DNA of 63,988 bases, counting the filler, from Asterionella formosa (Eukaryota), in the NCBI GenBank assembly GCA_002256025.1. It is 5 parts of 5 records of this genome, joined end to end, with 100 filler letters (N's around TTAATTAATTAA, not from the genome) between each part and the next. Parts side by side here need not be neighbours in the genome. Positions count along the whole stretch, not along the records: positions 1 to 12,836 come from NKIB01007141.1; 4 more parts are not named here. One strand, 5' to 3'. Each line of letters begins with the position of its first letter. The stretch's first letter is position 1. The notes beneath the pieces are model-generated. The model was not told the DNA's origin. It saw only the letters and a program-made list of their open reading frames with translations, and made no database searches. A program made the translations under genes and the position numbers. Positions 1-12,110 of this stretch are shown one piece after another.

Positions 1-1149
1 AGTCAAATCCACCTGTTCCTTCCTAAGGAAACGACTTTCGCCTACTTTGCGCGCCTCTGACAGCACATTTGTCAAACGAGTCTACGGACTAACCTACACG
101 CTGCTTCTGATCCTCCTCCTGTGCGCCAAGCTTGTTTCAGGCACCTTTGCTGCCGCTCTTCCACTTCATTTCCCTCCACCACCAGTGTCTCATCCCAACG
201 CTGCCCTTACAAATTCAAAGAATACGGAATCATCCAGAACCCCTCTCTCCACACTGCAAAAGAAACCCAAACCCGCAGAACCATTGGTTAGCGCATATTT
301 CATGCACCATTCTCCAATCCCTAGCATTCAATTTTTTGATTTATATTCAGCAAACTATTCCTCCACCCAAGATTGCAGATCCAGTTCACTCCTATATCAC
401 TACAGTATTCTTTCATTCCAGGCCTCCTTTCTACAATAATTTTCTTCCACGTCTTTGCGCCAGTGTTTATCCCATTCATTTGAATAGCACCAGCTGACTC
501 AATACTCTGACTTCACCATCTGAACTTTTCTAGCTACCTCTTAATGTTCTCATTCTTACTCCTAGTATCCAAGATAATCTCACATCTCTCTCTCTCTGCC
601 TTCTGAGACCATTTGTCATGAAAATTTGTTTCTCTCACTTTCTCCACCAAAATATCTAAGTGCTACATGGGCTCCTTGCCTGAGTCACACCCAATAACAA
701 AATCTCCTCATCCTACTCTAAGAGCCACATGGGCTCCTTGCCTGGCTCCCCTGTCTTAAATTCACAATCCTGGCCCTCTGGGCCACAGTGCAACCCAAAG
801 AACTCCACCATAGTCAAGGCTCCTTTATAACGCATACTTGAAAATTTTCTTTGCAACTATATATGCATTTATCATATAAACAAAGCAAACCTTACATCAC
901 ATTAATGACCCATCAGCTCAAGGTAAACTAAACCACTTTTTATGAATCAATCATCAGAATGCACAAACCAGAAGTGTTCACATATAGCAGCCATCCTTTA
1001 CAGTAGCCATTTAGTACCCAATTTGGACTCCAAATTAATTTGGACTCCAATTGGGATTTCGAATGTTTTTTCTGATTTTCTTCGTCCGAAAGAATCCAAA
1101 TTGGGATTTTGATGCCTATTTCGAAAAATGGGTAAGATATCGTTTATGG

Positions 1150-1470
1150 TATTTGCTACCAAGTTGGATCCATAATGGTATCAATTTCATTTTCTCTGCC
1201 AAATGGGTTTCCAAATTGGTGTCTATTGTTGGGGTTAGGGTTTGAAACATTGCTACCAATTTTGATTCAATTTGGTAACAATATCTATCTTACTACTAAA
1301 TTGGTATTTTTTGTTAGTGTTGGGTTAGGGTTTGAAATGTTGCTACCAATTTAGATCCAAATAGGTATTAATTTTTAATTAACTCCCAATTGATTTTCAA
1401 AATTGATATTTACTGTTAAATTTAGGGTTAGTGTTTGAATGTTGCTACCAATTTTGATCAAAAGTGGTAA
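1150..1470. repeat. Diverged ~90-100 bp tandem repeat (4 units) with telomere-like GGGTTAG core
   Basis: TTGCTACCAA recurs at 1153, 1250, 1340 and 1442. Three units are preceded by GGGTTAG(G/T)GTTTGAA. The intervening segments resemble each other. Confidence 0.7.
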
Positions 1471-1718
1471 GTTTATAATCACAACCTGCCTGAAGCTAGC
1501 AAGACATCATGAACATTTTATCACATGACATCAAAATGGAAGTGTCTAAATAATATATTGTGTTCCCAACATTAAGAAGGTTTGTTCAACAATTGGCGGC
1601 AATGGCAGCTGGTTTAGTAGTTCAAACTGGTTGGTGATAAATCCTTGAAATTTTCATTCTCTCTGAGCCATGATATTTATTTGTATGGAGTCAATCCGAA
1701 ACCAATGAATCATCTGAG

Positions 1719-4700
1719 TCAGAGCTGGAAGATGTGCCGATCGCTTGACAACAACAAATCATCTGGTGCTACAATGCTAGAGATGTTTTCAAGAAGGTTT
1801 AGGTTTCTTTTCTCTGGATCACGCTTCCATATGGCAGAATCTCCAGAGGATGAAGAGCCCAAGCTTGATTTATCCGATCCATTGCTTGAGAAGTTTCCTT
1901 GTGGCTGCGATCTTGTCCTAGTTCCTGTTGCTCCTTCTATTCTACTTGATTGATGACACTCATTTGAGTGATCGGAAGCACAATACTCGGAAGCGTGTTC
2001 TGACACTTCCTGCTCAGAATAAGATTCAAAGAGAAGCGCCTTAATACCTTCAATAAGCTCAGTGTCTGAGGAGGGCACAACGCCTTTCATTTGCTGATTA
2101 TACCAATTTGAGTAAGTCACACAAATGGAACAAGAAGAATCATCACCAAAATCCATTCTTACCTGGAGAACAAGAGAGATAACTCCGTGGTCTGTGATCC
2201 CATTCAACTTCTGTAGCTCACCGGCAAGGAATTGTGCTGTCTGAAAGGACCGCTTGATTGCAGTTTGTTTGCTCGCTGTTTCGACGAGAGCCAAGCCTCC
2301 ATTCGGGAGCTTTTCTTCGACTTCTAGTTGAAGATTGCGTGCCTGAGGTGTGAAAACGTCGGATTTCATTGGCTATTTCATACAGAAACACGTGTGTCTC
2401 GACGGCAAGAAGCACTTACCAATTGAACAACATCATCAGGCCATCCACAACTGGCTGACATTTCGACTCCATAATCCGAAGACACAGAGCAAGCCCCAGA
2501 CATGACTTTGTGAGAATAGCAGACCTCGCCATTTTGTTCCATGGATATGGATGCACCCATATGTTGATTCTGGACTCCGGAATAGACCTCGCTGAGCTTC
2601 GCAAGTTGGGGATAATGTGTAACAAAGAAAGTCATGGCTCGTTTTGCCAAGAGGAACTCTGAAACAGACCATGCAATCGCCACGCCATCTTCGTTACTGG
2701 TTGCTCTGCCAAGCTCATCTATCAAGATCAGCGACTTAGGACCGGCATTACAGCAAATAAAGGCTGTTTCTTTCATCTCAAGCATAAAAGTGGAAATGTT
2801 CTGTTCTGCGCAATTGTTACAACCGTTTTATGAGTGCAATCTGTATCTACTGGTGAGCTACGATACCCATTGATTATTACTGCCACCACTTACCTTGGTC
2901 GTCGCCTGCACCAATTCGTGTACAAAGACGATCCCGGATCTAGATAGAGACACGGAAGTGAGACGAACTAGCGCAAACCACATATTGACAAGGACTAAAA
3001 ACATACCGGGACTATTGCAGACTCTGCGGGAACGTAGGAACCGCAGTGAGCAAGCACAACAATTATCGCGATTTGCTTTAAGTAAGTACTCTTGCCACTT
3101 CCATTTACACCGGTAAGGACTGTAAAGTTACGATGCCCAGGTGCATATGTGTCATTAGGAATCATTGCATTCACAATGCTACCTGTAGTTGTGGATCGTG
3201 TCCCGAGGCCTGAACTTGCAACATCAATACCATAGCGGCCCTTCTGAATCGTCAGGGTTCCTCCACCACCAGTATTCACAGTTGGGCGACTCCACGGCAA
3301 GGGGCTACTAGAAACATTGTCAGCAAAAGAATGGCACATATCCAAAAGAGCAATCGCGTCCGATAAAGACGCCAAATGGTCATATCGTGACCGAGCGAAT
3401 TCGAGAACCTCATGTATTCGCTCATGGGTCATCAAGAGTAAGTCCTGGACATTCTCTTGTGCCCTGGCATTTAGACTGCGAACCTAGGACCAGCATGATT
3501 CCCGTCAGTTGAAGATTGAAGGTGACAAGCAAAGGATGACAATTATGAGAAACGTACCTCTTCGGTCGTACAATGTACGAATTTGCCAGCTTTTACCGAT
3601 TGAATAAATTCTTGGGGAAGGTCTGTTCCTGTCTCATGGGGAATAACAAGGAAGTAACCGCGGCCACTACTTTCTTTTACATTGACTCTAATGTTGTGCT
3701 TCCCAGCATATTCGTCTGCCAACCGGTAAATGTCATCAACATTCGCTAAGAAGGCTTTTCTTATAACATCCATCATCCCGTCAGTTTTTGGCTTCAATGC
3801 AAAGCATTCTTCGTGGCGCATGGCATGTGCATTTCGAGTAAAGCTAGTGCTGTCCGTGAAAATGTTGTTCACTGCATCCAAGACTTCCGTGAGTCCTGGT
3901 TGTCTCATAGTCATGGATATCGCACGGAGCAATTGATTGCGTTGTGGTTTTGTGACTACACCGCTTCCACCAAGTCCAACCAGTAGACTAGTTGCGTTGG
4001 TTACCGTGGATCTCGCATCAATATTACGGTCACATGGACCACCAGTTTCGCATTGCTGCCGTTGCATTCTTGTGCGAACTTCCATAGCCTTGAGTTGATC
4101 TTCTAGCGATAATGCAAAGTTGGGCATGGAAATGAGGATACTTTTGATGCAAACCAATGCCGAGATACCTTTACTAGCAATTCGAGCTGTCACCATATTG
4201 TCCTCGGCATCCTTTGACTTCGTCCATGGAATGAGGGCGATGTGCGTTAACATCTTGTCGACGTCGGGAAGTGATTCCAAATGTTCCATTACAGTAAAGA
4301 AGAACTCCTCGTCGTCAAGTAGTGAGTCAACAAGATCAAGACGAGTATTTATGGTATCGACTCGAGTCGGTGGCGCCATCAAATTAGTCCGAAGGAGGCG
4401 GCTTCCTACTGTAGTTTTGGTGCAATCAATGGTCCCTATCAGTGATTCACCAGTCCTTCCCGTCTTGGCGTTGGCAAGAAACTCCAATTGCAACAGCGAG
4501 GACCTGTCTATCGTCATGCGATTGTTGCCACCAGCATTGATATAGATCTGAACACATTTGCGACCAAAACTAGCACCGAGACAGAGTTCAGTATACTGTA
4601 AAACAGCATGAGTTGAAGAAAGAAGAATATACTCATCTGCGAGAGATCCATCGTATGTTTCAGAGCGAGCCACACGGCGAAGGAGGTGAGCACCTTTAGT

Positions 4701-5504
4701 TTGGTCAAAGTGGGACCGAGAAATAAACTTGACGACCGTGGACGTCCGGCAGGCACTATTGGGGCCTTTATCCTCCCTGACTTCGGAATGCAATGATGTT
4801 TCAGTGGTATGAAACTGGCGACGACTTCTAGGAGCATAAGTTGTTCTTCCTTGTCCTTGGTACCGAGAGTCAGTAGGGATTTGCGTCGCAAATGAGCAAC
4901 TGAAACGGGATAAAATCTTGTGAGCCAGCTGAGAATTCTGGCGACCTTCGTTCAACAATATTTCATCCGGTTGTAGGACTTCTAAATAGGCAAGAGTTTC
5001 AGTGTAGGTTTGGCCATTCCCTTGCTTTGCGACATGCAGAGAAATGGGCGAACCGGCATCTAACGAGGCAACGCAGGTCTCCTTCGCAAGATTTTCGGAA
5101 ATTGCACATACAATATGAACTGCGGAGCTATTGGCATTGCCGACGGCACTGGCAGGTCTTGATTTTATTGTTCTCGGTCTTCCAGATCCTCTGACTTTTG
5201 ATGACTTTCCCATGGAAGCGATGGAATGCTGGTCGGCTGTATGTGCCTGCTTCCGACTCGAGACAGAAGCAGCGCCAAACGATCTAGTTCGTTGTGTTCG
5301 ACTGAGGTTCGCTTTCGACCTTCCACCATAGACTCCACTACGTTGAGAAGATTTATCGTCTTTATAACTGTGAGGGTCCTTTTCGAGAGCAAAACCCAAT
5401 CGGCCGCTAGTCTGATTCACTTTCGATAGCAAATCTCCTTGAGTCTCTTTTCTGCGTTTGCGCTTTCCGCCGCCCGTATTGTATTTTCTGAAACCTGGAG
5501 CCAT
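1719..5504 (-). CDS. MSH4: Meiotic MutS homolog 4 (multi-exon)
   Basis: Walker A TGVNGSGKSTYLKQ, STFMLEMKETAFI, SLILIDELGRATS, FVTHY and MutS core GSRLLRTNL; no mismatch-binding domain I. GT-AG introns at 3557-3484, 3006-2940, 2893-2806 and 2419-2343, plus a probable in-frame intron at 2162-2094, join the ORFs in frame. Confidence 0.9.
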
Positions 5505-7602
5505 GATCGTGTGATTTTATGTTGTAAAACGATGTGGTGCGAAATTCTCAGATTGAAAGCAATTTCTCTTGCCACAGTTCCGCTTCTGAAAATAACGAGC
5601 ATCTCGAAATTTGCGCGCCATCAATGACGGGGATCCCTAGTTCCCCTAGTTCGTACTTAAATACATTTTAGGTTGCTGGTGCGATTCATTCACAGTTCAA
5701 AAGTAGCTTTTTCGTAGTGCATATATAAGTGAGGGAACAGCAATCATGTTGATTTTGTCAGAGCAATCACTCTCATTTTTTTCATATCTCATCGCAGAGG
5801 GGCAATGGAACAAACATGCATACGGTAGTGAGGGTTACCGAGAAACACTTGAGATACAGGATTGGTGGACTGATGTATGAGGTCAGAGCATGATCTGTTC
5901 CACAGTCGTGGTTGAAAAAAATTATATGGAATCCTACGAGTCGAGGATCGCTATACTGAGGTTGCTGCGGCCCCGCAGTTTCCCAAAATATTTTTATGGC
6001 TGATGTCCAGCCTTCAAATCCACGCATCGTGTACAACAAAATAAAATAGTTGAAGGTAAATAAAAAATATAGTTGAAGGTAAAATTAGCTTTCACCAATA
6101 CCACCACTACGATACACAGATGCTTAGACACTGCCACTGGTCAACTTAGCTAAGGGTATGCTGTACATTCAGATCTATGGTAATGACGTCATTTCTGGGG
6201 AGAAAATGCAGTTATCCCTCTAGGAATTGATAGCTATCCCAAAAATGGTCACAAAAGGGCTTTCAAACATAGTAAAAAATCTAGGAGGGACAACAACTGC
6301 TACAGTTACTACCCAGAAGGTAGAGGATTTCAGGTTATTTTAATTGCCCCTGCTGAGGGCCATAATAGGGTATTCTGCACCTAAAATTTAGGAAATGATG
6401 GAGATTTTTTCTTTTCCTACTACAGACAAATATTACTGTAGCCAAACTAAACTTCCATTTCAGTTCTTGGAATTTTCGGTGCAGGAAAACCTAATAATGA
6501 CTCACTGCCTTCAATATTTTTGTACAGTGAAAAATGGATGACGGATTCCGGTGAACAGATTGATGTCGGTACGTGATGCATTGGGTCACAGTACCAGACC
6601 TGGTACCCTACTACTACCTTTACCTGGTGTGATGGTTCTACACATGCATAAACTACCGGGAATGTAGATTGATCGATTACCAGGAGATTGAATGTCGACT
6701 GATATAGTTCCGGCAGATCGATAATAATACCGGTATACATGACTGGGGTATGGAGTATGGAGTACCAGATGAGCATTTATGTACATACCGGTGTATGAAA
6801 GAATTCTTCAGAGCAAACTTTTCATCATCCTTGTCACAATCATGAAAACATTCAATATTGCGAAACCATGATATGATCGGTCTACAGTTTGCCACAGTTC
6901 ATCTTTTTTATCTCCACAGTATAAAGGGATAGCCGGCATGGGTTTGCAATGGTCTTGGGTCTTTGCTGGTACTATACTGGTACATATATCAGTAGAATGC
7001 ACTTTGCCTTGAAAGAATGGGCAGAGTGCGCTGCACTTCCTTCTATGATCATTTCGGCCGCAATGTTGTTTGAATTGTCCATTTATTGTCTTCACTTTTT
7101 TTACTGCCTCATGACTTGAGATTAGCGAAACACCACAGCTGTAAGTTTTTCCCAATTTGTTGTCTCATCTTTCTTGTTTCGCAGTTTCAAATCATGCGGT
7201 AAGTAATTTTTCGTTTCGCTTTCTCTTTCATTTCAATTGCGCTTCGTAGTAGGCTGCATTTTCTTTCCGTAATCTTTCCTTCTGCCTCAAGAGTGATTCT
7301 TGGAGGTCCGACATTTCCATTACACATCGTTTGCATGAATTCTTTGTGTATTGTGATGCTCCTTGTGTGTGCTGACCAGCAACCCAAAATTAAACATAAC
7401 CATTTATATATTTTCTTTTCCTTGTTATGATATTTTCCGTTACCAACATTTTCCCAGACTTTACAGGACACAATGTCTCAGAGCAGTAGTCATGAAAACC
7501 AAAGAAATGGTTGATTGGTGCTTTGGAGGACTCAGTGAATTCGGTGAGAGAGAGGTTCCGGTTTTTCTTTATCCAGAGGGCACAACGATAGATTTCAATC
7601 GA

Positions 7603-7968
7603 GAGGGAATGGCTTAGTGGTTGAGCACGTTGCCTTTGATCTGAGGTTGTGAGGTTCGATTCCAGCAATTTTTTTGATAAGCAATTGTTGGGTTCGACTC
7701 CCACACTCCTCACCATCCCGCACGGTCTTGCGTGGTGTGCAAGAAATAGTGGGTTGACCCCCTACAAGCAGCTTGTGCCGCCTTCCTAGGCGGTCGGAGT
7801 TTCTCCTAACGCTGCGGCTAATTTGATCACCTTTCGCGAAAGGTAGTTGGGGACTCACCTACGCTAACAAAACTAGGGAAGCACAGGTCTTGTCGGCAGG
7901 TACTAGCACAATGGCATATTTGCCTTGAAAGAGGGGAGCACAAATGGGCTATAAAACATACTAACTTT
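7603..7968 (+). mobile_element. tRNA-derived SINE with target-site duplication
   Basis: A box TGGCTTAGTGG, B boxes GGTTCGATTCC and GGTTCGACTCC, tRNA-like head ending ACCA at 7715, hairpin-rich body. Flanked by TAGATTTCAATCGA (7589-7602) and TAGATTTTCAATCGA (7969-7983). Confidence 0.85.
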
Positions 7969-9106
7969 TAGATTTTCAATCGAAGACAATCAGCTTTGGA
8001 AGGTTGTTCAAGAGAGATTGGGCTGTTGGATTTCAGGAAAACAGGGTGTAGAAGAACACGGACCCAGTGAGATGGATCTGACAGAAATCTAGGTTCTGTA
8101 ATATTCAGTGGAAGGCATCCTTTGTTGGAATTTCTATCCTTTCAATTCTCTTGACCATTGAAACTCAGGCTAAAGATTTGATAATTCCTTATAGGACCAT
8201 TTGGAGACAGCTCAAATAGTACAATCTTCATTACAGATGATTGTAGACTAGATAACATTGTATTTCAGAAACTGCATCAATCATCATCATTTATACACTG
8301 GTGTCTGGTTCCATTGCCTTTGAAATACCAGCTACATGATTCTTGGGGCAATGATGCTCCTTGATTGGTTTCTTGTACTGAATTTCTCTGTCGCACAGAT
8401 TACAGACCTTAGATTTCACTCGATAGTCTAGTATCTTTTTCGTGTAGCCACCAATACAAAAGGCATATACAATTACAGATTTGTACTTATTCCCGCTTGA
8501 TTGCTGCTGACAGCCCATGGTATCATAACTACCGGTCAGGCATGGTATATTATGCACAGACATGCACTCGATATCACTTAGTAGAAATGGAAATCACGTC
8601 CTTGATCCGCCCAATCGATTCTTCATGCACATCGAGTGTCTGTAACATTTCTGCATCACATGCCTTGTCCATATCAGGAGCTATTGATTCTAGTTGCGCT
8701 TTTCCAACTAGCTCCTCAACAACACATAAATTTCCTTGCGTTGACCAATACCAACTGGAATCGGTAAGTTCATTGCAGAACAATTGATGTCAGCGTCACC
8801 AGGTCCCATTTCCGCTTCGTGTCAACCCAAAATAAACTGTTTGTTGATTGATAAGTGTTTTTGCTTCTATTTCCTTATTTTTCATCTACCCCTTGTCTTT
8901 CGTGTTCTTGATTCGTGAAGATTTGAGTGTAGCAATCATTTTCTGACAGGTCAAACATGTGATTTTTATTATGCTAGCCAACCCGAAGTTCTCCGAAGAC
9001 ACAACAATAAACGGTTGCGATATAGGTGGGATTGCGTTCCAAGAAGTATTCACATTTCTGTTCCATGCTAATGTGATAGGGACAATTGCTTATTGGTTAA
9101 GTTAGC

Positions 9107-9134
9107 TAGGGTTAAGGTTAGGGTTAGGGTTAGG
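9107..9134 (+). repeat. Interstitial telomere-like (TTAGGG)n tract
   Basis: TAGGGTTAAGGTTAGGGTTAGGGTTAGG. Confidence 0.7.
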
Positions 9135-9440
9135 TAGTACAAAGTCTTGAACGGTTTGTTTACAATATTCTTTGAAATATATGTTAACACAACGCTTGCA
9201 AAAAAAATCTTCACTCAGCAATTTGGTGAATGAATAACAGTAGAGAAAGTGGTTCCTGTTCTGCTATTCCGGTGGTTGTTGTTGCTTTGTAGTCGCTGTT
9301 AATGTGGGGGGAGGAATGGCGGAGATTGACGAAGTCCACCAATTCTAATGGTTATTGTCAATTATATTTCGACCTCTCTGTCCAACAATTCCAATTTTGG
9401 AAACAAGGCAGCGCCCTCCCCTGAAACGAGGCAAATTACA

Positions 9441-9480
9441 GTTGTTGTTGTTGGTGGTGGTGGTGGTGGTGGTGGTGGTG
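9441..9480 (+). repeat. (GTT)n(GGT)n microsatellite
   Basis: Read directly from the sequence. Confidence 0.9.
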
Positions 9481-9664
9481 TTTTGTTTTGTTTTGTTACA
9501 TATAATTTTGTTTTGTTACATATAAATCAAGCCGAATACATGCAAGCTCACTTCTAAACGTTTTTGCAACAATGTACGTAGGTGCATTGAAGTGAAAACT
9601 AATATTGAAATTAATGAAAATGGTAAAATAAACTAATCACTACTAGATTTAGAGCGTTTTGAAA

Positions 9665-10050
9665 CAAGTTTTGAAACCAGTATATACTTTGTTGGGGTCC
9701 TTGTTTTCAAGAGATATCGAATCCCCTTCAAACAACAGTCAGGAAGTTCCTTCCAAACGCATTTTCTCTATACTCCATAGAATACTCTGATCCAAAAATT
9801 TTATAGAGAAAGAAGATTGAGGGCTTTTGAAGGCGTAATTTTGTCATCCTTCAATCTTGTGAGAATTGAATTCCCTTCCAAAAGCTTCTCCACCAACACT
9901 TCGACTTCATCCAATCGGCACTGATATTCAGGGCAACAAAAATCACAGCATTCGCAGAAGATGCGATCCTTGCATCCCTCTACTTCCTACTCGACTACTA
10001 ACCGCTTTTGACATGTTGGGCAGCATTCATCATGACTGTAGTTGAATTGG
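9665..10050 (-). pseudogene. KolX / P2X7 cytoplasmic-ballast-like accessory ORF of a Kolobok element (degenerate)
   Basis: Manual translation gives Cys-rich CECCDFCC..C, then FYGV*RKCVWKELPDCCLKGIRYL and, after a frameshift, DPNKVYTGFK. This fits the LPxCxxxxIRxxFP..YxGF motif. It lies upstream of the transposase in the same orientation. Confidence 0.65.
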
Positions 10051-12110
10051 CTGTGGCCGTGCTCATCATGATGATGTGTAATATCTCTCTTGGTTGATTG
10101 TTTCGTTTTCGGATTATTCTATCATCAGAAAATATTCGCTGACACGCCGTGTTGTATGAGGACACATAAATGTTGATCAGAGTATAGAGAGCAATGAAGA
10201 AAGTATATATATATTTTGCGAATTCGAGGAGGAATCTATGTATATACACGCAACTTTCACTGATTTAAATACTTCAAACGGAACCATTGTTATTTATAGT
10301 AATCCCAGTTCCAGGGAATTTCTGCAACCCTGAGCAATATGCTAATTTTGCCTAGAGTTTCAAAGCAGTTCAGGAACCTAAATTGACAGGCAGAGATACA
10401 AAAATGAATTTTTCTGTTTCTTCATGATAGCTGGATTCATGCTCAGTGTACCCGAAGTAGTCCGCTGGTAAATAATTATTTCGCTGAAATAATGCTAGAT
10501 AATAAGCAAGAGTGTACGAGTAGTCATTGTGAACAGACAGCTTGAGAATCCTTTATCATGCCGTCTGAGCCTTGACCATCACGAAAATAGCGATATCACC
10601 ACGAAATATTGAGAAAGATGCATTCCTATTNNNNNNNNNNNNNNNNNNNNNNNNNNNNNNNNNNNNNNNNNNNNNNNNNNNNNNNNNNNNNNNNNNNNNN
10701 NNNNNNNNNNNNNNNNNNNNNNNNNNNNNNNNNNNNNNNNNNNNNNNNNNNNNNNNNNNNNNNNNNNNNNNNNNNNNNNNNNNNNNNNNNNNNNNNNNNN
10801 NNNNNNNNNNNNNNNNNNNNNNNNNNNNNNNNNNNNNNNNNNNNNNNNNNNNNNNNNNNNNNNNNNNNNNNNNNNNNNNNNNNNNNNNNNNNNNNNNNNN
10901 NNNNNNNNNNNNNNNNNNNNNNNNNNNNNNNNNNNNNNNNNNNNNNNNNNNNNNNNNNNNNNNNNNNNNNNNNNNNNNNNNNNNNNNNNNNNNNNNNNNN
11001 NNNNNNNNNNNNNNNTAAATGGTAATTGATTGATCGTATCAGCAATTTGCTTTTGCAGTCGTAGATGCAGGTATCAGTGCCGAAAAATGTGAACCATGTC
11101 AAAAGTATAGCTTCAATGTGCTCAAAACTATTCAAGGTGAAGTTTATGCTCATCAGGAAAACTGCAATTCTATAACTGGGCATAGAAGGGTTGGAAACGA
11201 CAGCAGAGAAAGGCAAAGACCTGTTAGCGCCATGGTGATCGACATTTTGCTAGCAAAATAAGGCGCAAAAAGTATGATATTTAGGGTAATGGTCAATTGA
11301 TGTATAAATGAAGTTTAGTATAGTTACCAGATGCCATAAAAATGAATTTATACTGCTAAAATTATGAAAAAAAATTAGAGGAATGGCCTAGTGCTTGCTT
11401 AGCACATCTTCCGCAGTGGTGGATTCGGTTGTCTTCTTGCATTCTCCACCTATATTTTTCATGTATTCCCTAGGGTTCAGGGGTTGTGGCTGACAAGAGG
11501 ACAGGTCCTGTTGTACCGTTTTGGGCAAACAAAACTTGTATTAATTGTTTCCATTGAAAATGTGGGTATGAGTGAGTCTTTTGGGTTCATTATCAAAGCT
11601 AAAACTTGTTTTGCTAGTCTCGCCGAGTTTTTTGACAAGTAGGCTTGTCAATAAGACCCTATAATACTTTAAGACTAGTACATAGTAATCATTGCTGGTC
11701 AGCATTGATTTGACACCCCTAAAAATCAATTAACACGACAAAGCGAGGGTGACTCTCAAAGCACCATGGCGGTAACTTTTAAGACCATAAGACATCTAAA
11801 ACAACACCTTTAGAGGCAACAAGCCTGTCTATTCGGATTCATTGGAGACTGTGTACCACTGTTATAGTAAACATGTGAGTTTGTAAATACAAAGATAGGT
11901 AGAGTATAATGGGACCAGAATTTACTATCTTCGTCGTTGTGTATTTTTCATGTATAATGGTACTATGACAGTCTGTCATATTTGCTAGCCAACAAGTACT
12001 ATTTCTAGTCAAATCAATTCGCCATCGAAGTAACAAAATGCAAATGAGTAATGTTATGCCAACAATGTATTCCTTGGTGAATTCGTAGACATGATTATGG
12101 TTATGCTGAC

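Larger units (their letters stand above)
6810..9260 (-). pseudogene. Degenerate Kolobok/'Mutator-like' DDE transposase, split by a SINE
   Basis: Fragments in order: FFCKRC, NFGLASIIKITCLTC, SYDTMG..SSGNKY..AFCIGGYTKKILDYRVKSKVCNLC..HHCPKNH..SKAMEPD, GCLPLNITEPRFLSDPSH, DCLRLKI/YRCALWIKKNR..KAPINHFFGFHDYC..LCPVK. Many stops and frameshifts. Confidence 0.75.

Noticed and set aside
47..497. Two overlapping ORFs at the window start
   Set aside because: Non-ATG starts and no recognisable domain; possibly decayed repeat sequence.
1150..1470. CRISPR-like array (conserved core with GTTTGAAA and variable spacers)
   Set aside because: The spacers are mutually similar, the repeats are degenerate, the context is eukaryotic and there are no cas genes.
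7603..7715. Functional tRNA gene
   Set aside because: Acceptor-stem mismatches, a duplicated T arm and an internal T7 run. It sits inside a TSD-flanked insert, so a SINE head fits better.
7745..7825. HDV-like/theta or twister ribozyme
   Set aside because: Partial motifs are present (TTCCT loop, CTAA, TACAAGC), but the required P2 or P4 pairings could not be built by eye.
10572..11216. Long ORFs made of X (also near 27135, 30817 and 36237)
   Set aside because: Artefacts of translating through N gaps.
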